From NCBI GenBank assembly GCA_977016875.1, contig CDRNST010000104.1:3348001-3412000 (forward strand): a stretch of 64,000 bases of DNA, written 5' to 3'. The notes beneath the pieces were generated by a model. The model was not told the origin of the DNA and ran no database searches. It saw nothing but the letters and a program-made list of their open reading frames with translations. The translations under genes and the position numbers were made by a program. This DNA is from Pavona decussata (taxonomy: Eukaryota). Below are positions 62,801 through 64,000 of the stretch, piece after piece; the stretch's first letter is position 1, and each line of letters starts with the position of its first letter.

Positions 62801-64000
62801 AACTAAATTTACGAAGTGAATAAAGCCATCAAGGAGATACACAAACTAGTCAGTAACAGCAAACCTCCCTTAACTTTGCTAGTATTTATGTCTATAAAAT
62901 GCGTTTAGCAATTTTACTTCAGGTTTAGTGCATTCGATCCAAATAAGGTGCAATGTCCGTTTGAAATCTCCTGCTTTAAATCTCATCTTGTCAAATTTAT
63001 GAGCAAAATTTACACTCAGGTAAGACCTATCGAACTGATTTCCAAAGGAGTCGTAAAAACAGTTACAACGGTTATCAGTAAATCAGCTGGAAGATGTCTC
63101 TTACAAGTGAGTTGCAAGGCAACGTGCTTTTGAACTGTGAAATTCAAGTTCGGTAGCTTTTATTGCAAACCGCTATTAGGGATATTACTTCCTGATTGTT
63201 ACAAATAACCTGTTATTGCAGTTCAATGTGTGAGCGGTTACAACTGACAGAAAGGCTTCACAATTTATTTCGTATCTCTTGCAGCCATATTCTTACAACA
63301 TTTTTTTAATACCATGCTTTTTATTTCCTTTCTTGCACAACATCAATTTCAACTTGATTTCAACGGAAAGTAGTGTTGTTACAGCACTTAAAATTAGCTA
63401 AGGAATTCAACTTAATGTTATCAGTGTAAATTAATTTTGTTTTTTCGATTATTCCGGTTCTTAAAGTTTTGAACAAAATGTAACAAAGCATTTGTTATGG
63501 GGTTTCGTTAACTTGCTCTAACCTACACCGTTGAGCTATCTGGTTGTCAGTTTAGCCTCAGCTAATTCTCCTTTTGGCTAGTGTACCCAGTGCCCTAACT
63601 CTGGTAATCTGACTGTATGGGATGTTCTACTCTACATTTTGCAAGAGTACTCAGCCACTTGCCTTAACTGTTATTTATTGAGTGGTTTCTTACCTCTAGA
63701 GCGCATCCGCAGGGGTAACCACATCCTCCGTATCCCAAGCCGCATCCCCCGTATCCTCCGCATCCTCCATATCCTCCACATCCCCAGCCTCCGAGAAAGG
63801 GATACCCGTAGCCATAGGCTGATAATCCGTATCCTCCCAATCCGCTGTATCCGAGTCCTCCACAGCCAGGTAATCCCAGGAACGCAGGCCCTCCACAGCC
63901 GCATCTCTTTTCAGCCTGGTTGGCGTTGTCTGAGGATGGTGGTTTACAGCCACAGTCACCTTTGTCTTTCTTTTTGTTCTTTGCTTCGGTATTTTCATCT
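58440..64000 (-). CDS. Gly/Cys/Tyr/His-rich polyprotein, 5' end outside the window; exons >64000-63694, 61725-60171, 59790-59302, 58555-58440 (at least 821 aa)
   Basis: Junctions GAG|GTAAG...AAACAG|CTC (phase 0), G|GTAGTG...ATTAG|GT (phase 1) and T|GTACGT...TTTCAG|TA (phase 1) join into one open frame. Repeated KR sites each precede a CGG/GYG/GWG-rich block. The last exon is less certain; there is an unspliced stop at 59294. Confidence 0.8.
59806..59885. repeat. (CAAT)n/(CAGT)n compound microsatellite in an intron, next to the acceptor
   Basis: Tetranucleotide repeats. Confidence 0.9.

Overview
This is AT-rich eukaryotic genomic DNA with spliceosomal introns, (TAA)n microsatellites and many DNA-transposon remnants. 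Repeat content and protein style suggest an anthozoan (probably a stony coral); that is inference, not a database result. The window is a cluster of genes for secreted, low-complexity Cys-, Gly-, Tyr-, His- and Pro-rich preproproteins with dibasic (KR/RR) cleavage sites. Main observation: one signal-peptide plus acidic-prodomain exon (7528-8104, phase-1 donor) lies upstream of 8 homologous cassettes (5 types; types 3-5 duplicated in tandem, 15700-33405). Each cassette starts at a phase-1 acceptor followed immediately by KR/RR and a conserved Cys-rich 'WPCMWPCCC' domain. Each has its own terminal exon(s) and poly(A) signal, and I could find no signal-peptide exon of its own. This suggests a shared-leader, variable-3'-cassette splicing system making a repertoire of processed Cys-rich secreted proteins. 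Around it lie an ultra-high-Cys/His preproprotein (2073-4969), a single-exon distant paralog (41900-42484), an 882-aa Gly/Ala silk-like protein (43656-46304) and a minus-strand KR-punctuated Gly/Cys/Tyr polyprotein (58440 to beyond 64000). Mobile elements include a MULE with a 9-bp TSD and CARF-like remnant, a Kolobok-like TTAA element with THAP, a TTAA/TA element with a nested hairpin MITE, a Tc1 pseudogene and LINE fragments. All exon models were spliced by hand and have no transcript support here.
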